DNA of 63,433 nucleotides, counting the filler, from Octopus bimaculoides (taxonomy: Eukaryota), in NCBI RefSeq assembly GCF_001194135.2. It is 8 parts of 8 records of this genome, joined end to end, with 100 filler letters (N's around TTAATTAATTAA, not from the genome) between each part and the next. Parts side by side here need not be neighbours in the genome. Positions count along the whole stretch, not along the records: positions 24,095 to 32,416 come from NC_068981.1; positions 32,517 to 35,126 come from NW_026369858.1; positions 35,227 to 45,792 come from NC_068982.1; 5 more parts are not named here. One strand, given 5' to 3'. Shown here piece by piece: positions 24,971 through 38,280 of this stretch (its first letter is position 1; every line of letters begins with the position of its first letter). Both the position numbers and the translations under genes were made by a program. The notes beneath the pieces were generated by a model. It searched no databases. It had not been told where the DNA came from and saw only the letters and a list, made by a program, of their open reading frames with translations.

Positions 24971-25869
24971 TTTTCTCTGTTATTTATCCCACAACCATCT
25001 GTAACGCACGTCTTTCTAAGATGTTTTTCTGAGACGAAGTATTACAGCTAGTAGCGCTCCACGTTTGAATACACATTATGAATATTATACTCACTCGTAT
25101 TTTAATCTAATGACGTATCAGGTTCACTTATTAATTTAATTCTATCTTAGCTATCTTTTGAATGTTTCCAGTTTCTACATCGAAGCAAACATTTTCAGCT
25201 TGGTTCAGAATGTCAAGGATATTCATCACTGAGGTCGAATCAGGCCGAAACAGAGCGTCTGGCGATTCATAAGCGTTCTGAGCAAAATCATTTTCTTTAT
25301 ATAGAAATGTCTTTGAGAAGTTTCTCTACAGCTAGTGATGCCATTCCATGTTTGTATACATGTAATGGATGTTATACACACCAATATTTTAATATAAAGC
25401 TGTTTCATGAGCATATATCAAAATACACTTATTTTTTCGACCTGATTAATGTAAGTATAAATCTACTGTTTCTTAATTAATTAAATGTATCCTAAACATA
25501 TTTATTGATTTTAGCTGGATATTTTATATCTTAATATATATAATAACATATAAACAGAATGTAGGTCTTAAATATATATTTGGACATACTTCATATTTTT
25601 GATATGTTAATCTTTTATAGAATATATACCAGGTGGATTTAAATATCGATAAATTTAATATCTATATCTTATTTGATTAAATATATACCTAGAACTTCGG
25701 TTTGAGTTTCATTTATTGTATAGATATTATCAATATTGATATGAATGTATCCATGCACCCATTTAATTTGAACGATTAAATTTTCAGCCCAATATTTTTT
25801 CTTTGTATCTTACTTAAAACATGCTCTAAGTTTATTACCTCCCTTTCGTTTCGATGGTCATGGGGAGAC

Positions 25870-26064
25870 TCTTTGAAGGGTTTAATCAATCAATTGACAA
25901 TAGTACTTATTATTTTTTAAACTCTGGTACTTATTCTAGCAATCCGTTTTGTCGAAAGGCTAAACTACAGGGATATAAACAAAGCAACACCAATTGTCAA
26001 GCGCTGAGAGCAATCGCAAAGACATGCACGCACGGACGCTCGCACGCACACAAACAAACACGCG

Positions 26065-26109
<45 letters not shown>

Positions 26110-26292
26110 CAAAGAATATATATACATGTATACACACATATATGTACATACTTACATCTACATGTGTATATACATGCATATCAGGGTACAGGACGTTAGA
26201 ATAATAAACTACAGACAACGGAACGAACACATAGGAAAACGGAACGTCCCTTGGAATATCCCTTCATCAGCTGTCTCTATTCTATCTAGACG

Positions 26293-26332
<40 letters not shown>

Positions 26333-26490
26333 GAAATATTTCCACGCAGTTTCCATCTGCCAAGTTCCCTCACAGATCATTGTGCCTGCTCAGGGCTATA
26401 CTAAAAGATACTTGCCCGAGGTGCTGGGCAGTAGGCCTGAATCCGAAGCTACATGGTTGCGAACTCATTTACTTAGCCATACCTATTTGC
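25870..26490 (-). mobile_element. SINE family A whose internal microsatellite hosts the CTGATGAAGGG repeat (26095-26293)
   Basis: 3' half at about 25870-26010 and 5' half at about 26335-26490, separated by (TA)n tracts and the inverted copy of 7410-7625. Confidence 0.7.
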
Positions 26491-27060
26491 GCCTAAGGTT
26501 AGATATTTTTTAAAACTTGATTTAGATATCAACACCATTCCATTTTCTTAGTCGATTACATATCGATTAGATATATATATATATAAACATTTCTAAGTAT
26601 TATTTTCTAACAGAGCAATCTTAGTTTTTCAGTCTTTACTATTTTCGGTTTTTACAAGGGAAATTCAACCTAAAGTATAAATGACGAACTATTTAATACA
26701 GAGCTGTATTGTTCACTTACATACAGTATTGTTAAATTTATTCTCGCTCGTTTTTTCCCCCTGATATTATCAATTTTTTTTTTCCACAACGGAATATTTA
26801 AATTGCAGAAAATTGTAGAAAATTACAGAAAATTATAAAATGGCATTATTGATATAGTTAACTTCAAATTTTTAGCTGGTTGTTGTGAGTATTTACAATT
26901 AAATTTTCATAAGTATAAGTAAATTCATAAAGTTTACTGAATAATATAAGCTATTATTGATTAACTGACGCAATTATAAACAAACTAAAGCTGAACTAAT
27001 GTAAACTTGCTTCAGACTATGTTACTATCAGGCCCATACAATCTTCCAATTATATATAGA

Positions 27061-27096
<36 letters not shown>

Positions 27097-27929
27097 TATA
27101 CACACATATATATATACGCACTGTGGTCTCTGTATTTTCGTTCGGCCTGTACGGTATTTATTCTGTATTAATATAGATGAATATGTGTTATATGTAAATT
27201 CAACCATTGTGATTCTTTTAATATATTCCGTTACTTTTCGGTCTTCTTGAATTTCCTCTCCTAATACAACAAACATATTCGTTGAACCAGACATTTTCTT
27301 CTTTTAAGTTTCGGCCATTTAACATCATCGAATCCAGAGACCAAATTTCACGATGATAACGATATTCTTTTGAATTATTAATTTTCCTCTAACCTTCAAA
27401 ATTTTCTTTAAAACGTTTGTTCTTCAGTTAATAAAAAATTTATATGATATTGCTCCACTTGTTTCTTAATTTCACTTGTTAACATATGCACCCCTTATTT
27501 CTATTTATTTGTTATTAACTTCAAATAAATAAGTTTTGAAAGAATTTTAGTATGCTACAATAAAGAATTGATAGGTAAGAAGCGCCGCTGAACACAGCAG
27601 ATTCCGATCTACTAACATCAACACATACAGAAAAATTAATATTGCAACATCAGTGAAATAACCACTGAAGCAAAGGAGATAGCCATACTATTAAAGAAAG
27701 AAGACTGTGTGGTTCACTCGTCAAGCGGTCGCCCCATATCTCCCTTAAGGGCAATGAATATAATTTTCTTTCAAACCTTAAATGCAGTTCAATTAAACTT
27801 TATAAAGTGAGACAGGTATAGTAAGTAAGAGTACACTTAACATCGATTATTCTGATATCAGAAGGGTTAGATCAGTGAAGCTGCAACGTTGTCGTTATCA
27901 ACTGGCTCCGTTATCAAGTGAGAAGAAAG

Positions 27930-28930
27930 TAATCTACAAATTTACAGTGGTTGTTCTCCTGTAGAAACCCCACCTCCTGAAAGCCATGGATTTCGAGTCG
28001 CAAATCTTTAAGCGGTATGTAATTTAGAATAGTCTTGAACGCTAGGAAAATAATCATATAACTCCTGTTGAATGAAAAAGAGAAGTGGCCCCCGTTCTTT
28101 AACGTCTTTATGGGAAATTGCGACGTGGCTGAAATTGTAAATCTCGATGGTATATCTTCTTCGACACTGTCAAGAAGCAAACATCCTCCCACAGTTCGAC
28201 TTTGTACAGAGACAACGACCAAGTAATTTCAAGCAATATCAGTTTTAAGTGGAAGCGCAATGGCCCAGTGGTTAGGGCAGTGGACTCGCGGTTTCGATTC
28301 CCAGACCAGGCGTTGTGAGTGTTCATTGAGCGAAAACACCTAAAGATCCACGAGGCTCCGGCAGGGGATGGTGGCGAACCCTGCTGTACTCTTTCACCAC
28401 AACTTTCTCTCACTCTTATTTCCTGTTTCTGTTGTGCCTCTAATTCAAAGGGTCAGCCTTGTCACACTGTGTCACGCTGAATATCCCCGAGAGCTGCGTT
28501 ATGGGTACACGTGTCTGTGGAGTGCTCAGCCACTTGCACGTTAATTTCACGAGCAGGTTGTTCCGATGATCGGATCAACTGGAACCCTTGACGTCGTGAG
28601 CGACGGAGTGCCAACAAACAACATCAGTTTTAAGAACTTAATTGTTTGTTCAAGAAGTTTGACATAAACATAGCTATTACCACCAATCAAATCACAGTTT
28701 GCTTGTTAGGCGTTTCTTTTAAATCTCAAGACAATCAAGCACCATCCCTTTAGAAAGCCTACCGAAGAAAGCGTATATATTCCTAGGAATTCCAATCAAC
28801 CTCAGGTATAATTAGAAACTTAGTAGCTTGTATCAAGAAAAAATCTCCAATTTATCGCCAGATATATTTATAGAGCTGTACACTATTAGAATGATGTATT
28901 AGCGAGGAGGTCTTTAATGAGAAGTTGGTG
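27930..28930 (+). mobile_element. Penelope-like reverse transcriptase relic, split by a SINE B insertion
   Basis: KAMDF; IVLNARK; FFNVFMGNCDVAEIVNLDGI (from FDVTMGSYDGAE-CELVG); LYRDN (from YRDD). After the SINE: LFKKFDINIAITTNQITVCLLGV, LNLKTIKHHPFRKPTEESVYIPRNSNQP and Y*NDVLARRS. Confidence 0.8.
28250..28622 (+). mobile_element. tRNA-derived SINE family B, full length, 12-bp TSD
   Basis: TSD atcagttttaag at 28238-28249 and 28623-28634; head tggaagcgcaatggcccagtggttagggcagtggactc; tail acggagtgccaacaaacaac. Confidence 0.95.
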
Positions 28931-30230
28931 TGCATGGAAGATCTCCCATTTTCACCCTCGAATTGAATTAGGAAGAGGAAAGTAGATTGCTTCAATCTTT
29001 TGCCCTACCTAGTTATCTATGAACACAGCGAGGAACTTATCCTTAATTTGGTGAGACTTCGGAAGCACATATATGAACCACAAGTTGTTTAATGTATAGA
29101 ATGTTAAGATTGGTTGCGTATGCTAAAAAAAGTCACTTCTAACATCCCAAGACACAATAAGAAAAAGTAAACACTTACGCAGGCTTTACTCCAGAAACAC
29201 CCCTGTAATTGCCGAAAAAAATACCATGTAACCAATGAGGGTATTCTTACTTTGTAAGACTGCGGCCTATAAGGTGATTTGTACTCGGCCTGCAGTATCC
29301 GAAGGAATTACACAAGACTTACTGCCAATGACTTGAGGGGAGAGTTCACTCAATATGACCTGGAGCATTTTCGTCAAGGAACCTCCACACTCTTTAGAGA
29401 GTCGGGGCATTAACTGTGTATTTTTAATTTATTTTTGAGAAATTACTCACATTCCAATAGTGTGCTTTATCATCTTATCGAGGAAACTGGATTTTTACAC
29501 AGCTGCTATCAACGGAGCATTCTATTAATTAATTTTAAACCATTAGCTAAATCAATACAATGAATAATAAATGAGTATACTGTCAATAAATGATATATGT
29601 ATAGATTCACGCATGATAAAAACCTAGCATGGCCTATACAAAATGAACTTCCCTTATCATCCTACGGCAAACAACTTCATTTAAAAGCCGTGACTACCTC
29701 ATCACTCAGTGTTATTGGTTCTGCCGAATTCTTAGTAATGAAAATCTGAGTCAAACAATATATATTTATAATATATATATATATATAGCCATACATGCAT
29801 ATATACATATACACAAAGATACGTNNNNNNNNNNNNNNNNNNNNNNNNNNNNNNNNNNNNNNNNNNNNNNNNNNNNNNNNNNNNNNNNNNNNNNNNNNNN
29901 NNNNNNNNNNNNNNNNNNNNNNNNNNNNNNNNNNNNNNNNNNNNNNNNNNNNNNNNNNNNNNNNNNNNNNNNNNNNNNNNNNNNNNNNNNNNNNNNNNNN
30001 NNNNNNNNNNNNNNNNNNNNNNNNNNNNNNNNNNNNNNNNNNNNNNNNNNNNNNNNNNNNNNNNNNNNNNNNNNNNNNNNNNNNNNNNNNNNNNNNNNNN
30101 NNNNNNNNNNNNNNNNNNNNNNNNNNNNNNNNNNNNNNNNNNNNNNNNNNNNNNNNNNNNNNNNNNNNNNNNNNNNNNNNNNNNNNNNNNNNNNNNNNNN
30201 NNNNNNNNNNNNNNNNNNNNNNNNNNNNNN

Positions 30231-30263
<33 letters not shown>

Positions 30264-30282
30264 CAGAGAGATAGATAGATAT

Positions 30283-30316
<34 letters not shown>

Positions 30317-30879
30317 CGATAGATACCAACATGCATAAAGATATATATATATATAGCCATACATGCATATATACATATACACAAAGATACGTACATATAT
30401 CAGGAAAAAATATAGCGTAAATAATATAAGCACAGTACATAAATTGATAAATGTAAATACTGCATTACATAATTGCATCATTGCACCTATAGTCATTCGT
30501 ACATAACTAAATGTGTTTGCGAAATATGGGTGTGCGCGCGTATGCACATGTGTAAATGTGCAAACATGTATGTATGTATGTATGTATGTATAGTGAGCTC
30601 AGAAAAGAGAATTCAATACATTATTTTGAATTTTAGATATTTATATACTTTATTTATATAGGGAATCATGATGGTTTAGTCATGTTTGATTCTGTTGTTT
30701 GTTCCTACATGTATGCATGTGTGCATGTATGTGGGAACGTATTTATATAACATGCACACTCATACACAAATACACAGATATATACAGCACACATACACAG
30801 TTTCTATCTCTCTCTCTCTCTCTCTCTTTCTCACTAACACACACACATATCACAACAGGCATGTCTACGTGTTTAAGAA

Positions 30880-31130
30880 AATTATATAGCAATCACATGA
30901 TTTCAGGTTCAATTCCACAGCATGTGATCTTTGGTAAATACCTTCTAGTAAAACTTCGGGTCAGCCAATATCTTTGAAATTTATTAGATAGAAACTATAC
31001 GGAATCTTGTAACATGTGTGTCTGTGTGTGTATGTGTGTTTATGTCTGTGTGTGTGTTTATGTCTGTGTTTACGTTTGTTCCTTTATGTAATTAACTTAG
31101 CAGTTTGATAAATAACAACAGATAAAGACT
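30880..31130 (+). mobile_element. SINE family A (diverged)
   Basis: caatcacatgatttcaggttcaattccacagc...ttcgggtcagccaatatctttg. Confidence 0.6.
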
Positions 31131-31409
31131 TTTTCACACTTTGATCCAAAAATATGACAGCTAGAAGGAGAAAGAGTTGCACGAGCATTCAGTTGAGCAT
31201 ATTGACATATTGAACCAATGGGAAATGAAATTCCTTGCTCAAAGACATAATAACACTACCTAGACCGAGAATTGAAGCCTACAAGATTATGATGGTGAGC
31301 TAAACACCTCCAATGCGACGCCTCTTTATGTGTGTGTGCGTGTAGATGGATCTGTGAATATGTATATGAATGTGTATAGGTATGTATGTATGTATCTTTT
31401 ATTTTTAAC

Positions 31410-31600
31410 TATTTATCAGTCATTAGACTGCAGCTGTACTGGAGCACCACGTTGAAGAATTTTTAGTCGAATGATTAGACTCCATTAGTTATTTTAATTT
31501 AAAGCCTGGTACTTATACTATCTTTTGCCGAACTGCTATATTACAGGGATGTAAACACAACACCGGTTTTCAAGCAGTGGTAGGGGAAAAACACAAGCAC
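31410..31600 (-). mobile_element. SINE family A 3' half
   Basis: cagtcattagactgcagctgtactggagcaccac...ttttgccgaactgctatattacagggatgtaaacacaacaccgg. Confidence 0.75.
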
Positions 31601-31837
31601 ACAGACACAGACACAGACACACACACACACACGAACGCGCGCGCGCGCATTTTTCGTTTGTTTAAGTGTTCCTATATGTAATCATTGTATGTGAAACCCA
31701 AATAATTGGAGTCCAAATCTCTGGCATGAAGACGCTTCAGTTATATAAGAGAGAACGGTACGGCGGGTTGGGGGAAGGAACAGCGTGCGAATCAAAATCG
31801 ATAAAAATATTTGTCATAGACGTTTATTGCTGAGAAA

Positions 31838-32066
31838 GGTATAATAAAAAAATATTCAAACAAATACATAACAAAAACACCAGGACTTACAAATATATAT
31901 AACATACAGAAAATTGCACTACTGGGTACTGCACACATTCTAAGCAAAACACTTTCAATACAGTAAACATAAGAGCACCACAGCAAACCACAGCACATAC
32001 CCAAGGCGCACAGAGCTGTGCTCGGTAGTGAAGTTAAAGCACGTTATAAAAATAAAACTACTGAAC

Positions 32067-32113
<47 letters not shown>
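31838..32113 (+). mobile_element. R4/Dong-like (RLE-bearing) non-LTR retrotransposon 3' end with (TAA)n tail
   Basis: NKYITKTPGLTNIYNIQKIALLGTAHILSKTLSIQ* (stop 31964-31966), short 3' UTR, then (aat)n at 32067-32113. Confidence 0.8.
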
Positions 32114-32117
<4 letters not shown>

Positions 32118-32381
32118 CTAAAACTGCTAACTAAATAAATAAACAGATAGATAAGTGTATGACACAACAGTGCCATTTTGAATTAACCATGTAACTTAAT
32201 ATAAATAATTGGTTGGATGTATGTGGTGAAGATATATAAGAGAAACGTTTGCATATAAAATGTATTCCCGCACACGTGCATACATTCATAAATACATGCA
32301 TAAATATACACACAATTATACATATACTGACAAAGAAATATTCTTGTGTTTATGCTTACGTATATGTTATGTAAATATTTT

Positions 32382-32416
<35 letters not shown>

Positions 32417-32521
32417 NNNNNNNNNNNNNNNNNNNNNNNNNNNNNNNNNNNNNNNNNNNNTTAATTAATTAANNNNNNNNNNNNNNNNNNNNNNNNNNNN
32501 NNNNNNNNNNNNNNNNCACAC

Positions 32522-32561
<40 letters not shown>

Positions 32562-32589
32562 TCACACATACATACATATACATACACAC

Positions 32590-32755
32590 ACACACAGGCT
32601 TCTTTCAGTTTCCGTCTACCAAACCACTCACAAGGCTTTGGTTGGCCCGAGGCTATTGTAGAAGACTCTTGCCCAAGGTACCATACAGTAGAACTAAACT
32701 CAGAACCATGTGGCTGATAAGCAAGCTTCTTACCACACAACCACCCCAGCACCTA
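32590..32755 (-). mobile_element. SINE family A 5' half
   Basis: ggcttctttcagtttccgtctaccaaaccactcacaaggctttggttggcccgaggctattgtagaagac...ccatgtggctg. Confidence 0.85.
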
Positions 32756-32976
32756 GAAGTACAATAATGCGAACAACGTTTTGAAAGGAATAATTTAAAA
32801 AGAGAGCGGAATACGGTGGCAGAATTTCAAATGAAATAAAAATTCCTCTAAAAGTGTTTGATTAAATACTTAGTTACTACAACTGATGATCTTTTGTCTT
32901 AAATTTCAAAATCCGAAATGCTTTCGAGTGACAGAAGCGCCATAAATAGGAAATTACTGGATATTATACGTGAGTG

Positions 32977-33366
32977 TGGAGGCGCAATGGCCCAGTGGTT
33001 AGGGCAGCGGACTCGCGGTCATAGGATCGCGGTTTCGATACCCAGACCGGGCGTTGTGAGTGTTTATTGAGTGAAAATACTTAAAGCCCCACGAGGCTCC
33101 GGCAGGAGATGGTGGTGAACCCTGCTGTACTCTTTCACCACAGCTTTCTCTCACTCTTCTTGTTTCTGTTGTGCCTGTAATTCAAAGGTTCAGCCTTGTC
33201 ACCCTGTGTCACGCTGAATATCCCTGAGAACTACGTTAAGGGTACACGTGTCTGTGGAGTGCTCAGCCACTTGCACGTTGATTTCACGAGCAGGCTGTTC
33301 CGTTGATCGGATCAACTGGAACCCTCGTCGTCGTAACCGACGGAGTGCCAACAACAACAGCAACAA
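32977..33366 (+). mobile_element. SINE family B, full length, (CAA)n tail
   Basis: High similarity to 28250-28622; probable TSD atacgtgag (32966) / atacgtaag (33367). Confidence 0.95.
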
Positions 33367-35075
33367 ATACGTAAGCATAAATGCATAAAACCAGTGTTAA
33401 AAGTGAAAATGTCATGCAAGCTTTATTATGGCTTAGACAAGCTGAAGGCTTCTTTTGGTGAAAAGTAAACTAAATGTTCCCCACATTGAAACAGTTGCGT
33501 CACGCAAAACTGGACTAAGCTTGGTCTATATAAAGCTACTCTTATGGTTTATGTTTTGAGCTATGTGATGAAATGTAAATAGATAACGTACCTAAACTTT
33601 TGACCCATGTTTAATCTATTCTCTTTTGTAATCCAAATTTGCAATAATTCCGCTATTCGAAAAAAAAAAGCGAAATTGGAAACACATCCGGTCTTAAATA
33701 ATTTTGGATAAACGATTATCAACAATAGATTGAAGCAGGAATAGTACATAACCGAAGTCTATTTTATAGATTCTGGAGAGATGAGAAGGTAACTCAGTGC
33801 GCTGGCATTCGAACTCATAAATTTTGTTACCCTCTTCCTAAAAATGCTAAACAAATAATGATTTATGTCCGTGTGCATACGTACATGTATGTCATCGTGT
33901 TTGTCTCCAATTATAATTTTGATGTAAATTAATGAAACTGCTTCCAAATTTTCTCACAAAGATTCAATTTATGCAACTGTGATTAGAAGTTTGCATGATG
34001 ATAGGAGTTCTAAAAATATAGAATGCCACTGAGGTCAGAACTGCCATTCATCCTTCTGGGGTCAATAAAACAGTCGGTCAAGTGCTCCAATCAATATAAA
34101 CGACAGTTCCTTCTCTCAGATTTCTGGCCTTGGACCTACATTAGAAATAGTTAATATTTTTTATTATGGTGGTGGACGAAGAGAACATTTAAAGCGTTGG
34201 AAAAATACTTTGTAATATTTGTTCGAGCTCTTTACTTTTCTGAGTCCAAATCACGCCAAAGTCATCTTTGCTTTTCCTCCTTCTGAGATCGATAAATAAA
34301 GTACCAGTAAAGTTGTGAGGCCAACTAAAATAATATCAATGTATTTAGTGCTTCTGACACAAGACTTGATTTGAAAACTTGCGAGACAATAACCATAACA
34401 AATGCAATGATCGCAACACGCGATTTTCCGCAAATTCCTTCGCAAACGGCTTTCCAAGGAGGTTCTTATCTGGTGTAAGTTTCCCTTAGAGTCTCAAATT
34501 TAGCTGAACTGTATTACGAAAATCTCTCTCCTTGTCCCAAGATTTTTTTAAAGGGCTGGATATAGAAAGTTTACATATTTATGCCTTAAGAAAACAGGAG
34601 GAACCTTTTCTGTGTTCTCTGAAAAATGGACTGAACAGTCACTAGCCAATATAGGACGTGAAACATGGTTTGTCTGCTTTTCGGTGGCAGGATCGTAATC
34701 CATGCATACACTTATACCACAGTACATGGGTCATGAAACATAAGAGTGACAATTAGAGACATTGACGGTAACATTAACACCAGGCACATTGTTATTTTGT
34801 GACACAATACGGGTGTATTTTGAGTTGGGATTACGAGGAACTACTTATGATTCCAATGGATCAATGTGAACTCGTAAGCCTTTATGAATCCATAAAACTT
34901 GCCTAATTGTTGGTGTAGAAATACGGTCAGTACAGAGTAGAAGGACAAGCTGGTGTATTTGTGAGTGATTTTTTTTCCGATGGCATTGAAAAATAAAATG
35001 GACCACAGTCGTAGGAACCGGGAACTGCCGTTCCAACAACAACGCCGGTCGAAGTCTCGAAATTAGCATATGTTT

Positions 35076-35126
<51 letters not shown>

Positions 35127-38100
35127 NNNNNNNNNNNNNNNNNNNNNNNNNNNNNNNNNNNNNNNNNNNNTTAATTAATTAANNNNNNNNNNNNNNNNNN
35201 NNNNNNNNNNNNNNNNNNNNNNNNNNTATATATATATATATATGTATACCTACAAACCATACATGCATACACAGGAGAGACACACACACGCCACAACTTC
35301 CGGACCGATATGCTGCGCGTTTATTGGCTCTTCAAATATCAGCGATAGTGTACGCTTGCATATAATAATTTTCTTGGCCAAAGTCTAGCATTTCAAATCG
35401 ACTACTCTAAAATAACAATGAAGATCACTATTCATTCCAATCACATTTCATTCATTGATTAATCAACAAATTTGAGAATTATTTCGCCAAATAGAATGAA
35501 CTAAAGTACACTCAGAACACAACTAGATCTTTTCCTTATCTTTAAACTCAACTCCACCGTAACATAATTGTCACCGAATCTAACGGATTATCTGTTCACT
35601 TCGTAGATGCAAACATCTACATACTTCACAAGGCCACGACCTCTCAGACTCCATGTCGTTTTAAGTCAGTTAGGTCTATATTATTTTACCCTTCTGGAGC
35701 TTTCCTTGGTCTATGCTAACTTATCTTTTTCAACTTCCACCGATATAAACAACTAAGCTGGTATATGAAACACTCATAGGCCACGCAACTCACACGTACA
35801 CACGATTTAAAACCAACACTCTATGTTCCACAAGTAGTTAGCTCGTAGTTGTGCGGCAGTACTCAGGAAAATCTCATGAATTACAGATCTTAAACAAAAA
35901 CAGTTACTCTTACAAACTGGGCAGCTCTTAAAGAACTCTCGACCTTCATAAATTTGATAAAGCATTTTATTACTTTCGACATAACAAAAGCTTGCTTCCA
36001 TGTATAGAACATGATTCTTTTGTTAAAAGAGCACGCCTACGGGTCGCATCCAACTTTTATCACCTGATTTATATGTCGTGGAGTGTGATAGTAGAGTTTT
36101 TTTTTCTAACTACACTCTATCGAATTTAGTGCAGTATCAGTGTCTGGTACTGTACCTCACGATATACCTTTTAATCACCAATCCACTTTCACTTTGCTCG
36201 GTCAAAGCTGACGCCGTTGACGATGTAAAATAAATTAACATAAATTATATTCAAAGTGAAGAAACGCTATACAGAATAGATTAACTATTTACAGCTCTGA
36301 TAGACTGAATATCTTTTACTGAATATACATTTAGAAAAATGAAATAAAGTGAAAATATACTCGGGAAAAAGAAGTACCGAATATAACCAACCGATTTAAA
36401 GAACCTAACTACACGAATAACACATGCGTACCTTGCTGCAAAAAGAAGACATGGCTGGGTGCATTTCGAACGACTGCTGGCCATCACCTACCTACCTACC
36501 TACTTACCTACCCATCCACCTACCTACCTACATGCATACAAACATACAAAAATATATAGATACAAACTTATATATATGTGTGTGTGTGTATGTGTGCGTG
36601 TGTGTAGATATATGTGTGTATATTTATGGATATATGAATACATATGCAAAAATGTTCATATATATAAGCATATACACATATATAGACACACATATACGCA
36701 AACACACAGACTCACACATGCTCAGAGGCCGCTGGAAGCAAGAAAATAATATACTACACACACAAGCGTATTGAATTCTTTTAGTTGTTTTAATTCTAAA
36801 AAAAACAAAACAAATAATGATTACAATGATATATAAAATGTTTAATTTAGAACTTCCAAAATTACACTCCACCGCCGCCACTACCGACACCTCCACCACC
36901 ATTATTACCACCACGAAAATAGTCTGAGAATGAAATGCAATCAAAAAGGCTATAACAGTAAATAAATAAAAGCAAAACGAAGCAAATGAATATACATTAT
37001 TATACCTCTGAAAGTATTTCAGATAAATTTACGATATGCTAAATTCAAATAGACATTAAGTCGCTTGGGGGAAGCATTGAAAGATACTTTTTCTTTTTTC
37101 TCGACGTTTATTTCACTTGGCATGAACGGTTTTCCATTTCCAAAACTACAGTAAAACATTATAATCTCAGTAATAGCAACTCCTGTTTAGATTACAGAAT
37201 TTGCCATTTTGAAATTCTAAACTGTAAGGAAATAATGTTGTAAGACATTCAGTTACTCTGCTTCACTGAGGCTCTTTCTGTCTCTTAGTGTATATCTGTG
37301 TCTATGTGTACATACATACATACATACATACATACAGTAACTCAGTGCTGAAAAGTGTAGAGAACAATATCCTACGTGTCGGCAGCGAGCTCCCCAGGAA
37401 GCATTCTGTTGTTGATCACCTCCCATAAAACCCCCAAAACAGCCAGACTAAATTACCTCAAAGAAGACCTGCAGGTGAAACGCTCAACATAAAAGAAACA
37501 AAATAAAGAAAAAAAAAGAAAAAGGAAAAAGACCATGCATCGGTATGTTTCTCCTAAAACTTTAAAACGATTATAATATCGACATGAAGTGCAGCCTCTT
37601 TTGGACTCGTGTTCGCTACCTCACATTATACTTCGAAGACTATGCATTTGCAATCCAAAAACAAGAGATAGCTACGAAATGCCAAATAAGCAAAAGAAAC
37701 AATGAAAGTCTTGGAGATCCATGATGCAACTGAAAATTGTAAATTATGTCGTATTTCTTGTGCAAGATATCACACGTGACTAACAGCTGCAGATCGAGCC
37801 GGATCAATTGGAGGAGATGAAAAGCCTGTTTGAGGACACTTCTCTCATAACCCTCCCAGTAATAAGTGAGAGATGAAGATGAGATAAGTAACACACACAT
37901 GTACACACACATAGATATGGAGACTGATTACTTAATTCTACTGGTGCTACATTGAGTTCTCTTCAATTTCACTCAGGTGAACACTTTGAAATTGTTAAAC
38001 TCGCTTACATCTCTGGGTCCACATAGAACACTGATCTATTTAATACGAATCGATTAGTTGTACAAATCAATCGTATCTGCGGTCCTAAAATGTTTACCTA

Positions 38101-38205
38101 ACAGAAGCAAGTGTCGTCATCTTATATTTTGTAAACTGTTAAAGCTCTGTAATACTTCATTCTTCATTGTGTACCTCTAATATACATGCATATAAGTATA
38201 TGCTT

Positions 38206-38242
<37 letters not shown>

Positions 38243-38280
38243 TAATGATGATAATAATTTTTTAAGTAACGGCAAGATGT

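Noticed and set aside
29771-30392. About 50-nt direct repeat on both sides of a gap
   Set aside because: Typical unmerged contig overlap around a microsatellite; probably an assembly artefact.
37585-37880. Coding-looking stretches (MKCSLFWTRVRY..., LQIEPDQLEEMKSLFEDTSL)
   Set aside because: Stops in all frames, weak splice context and no family recognised; probably a TE relic.
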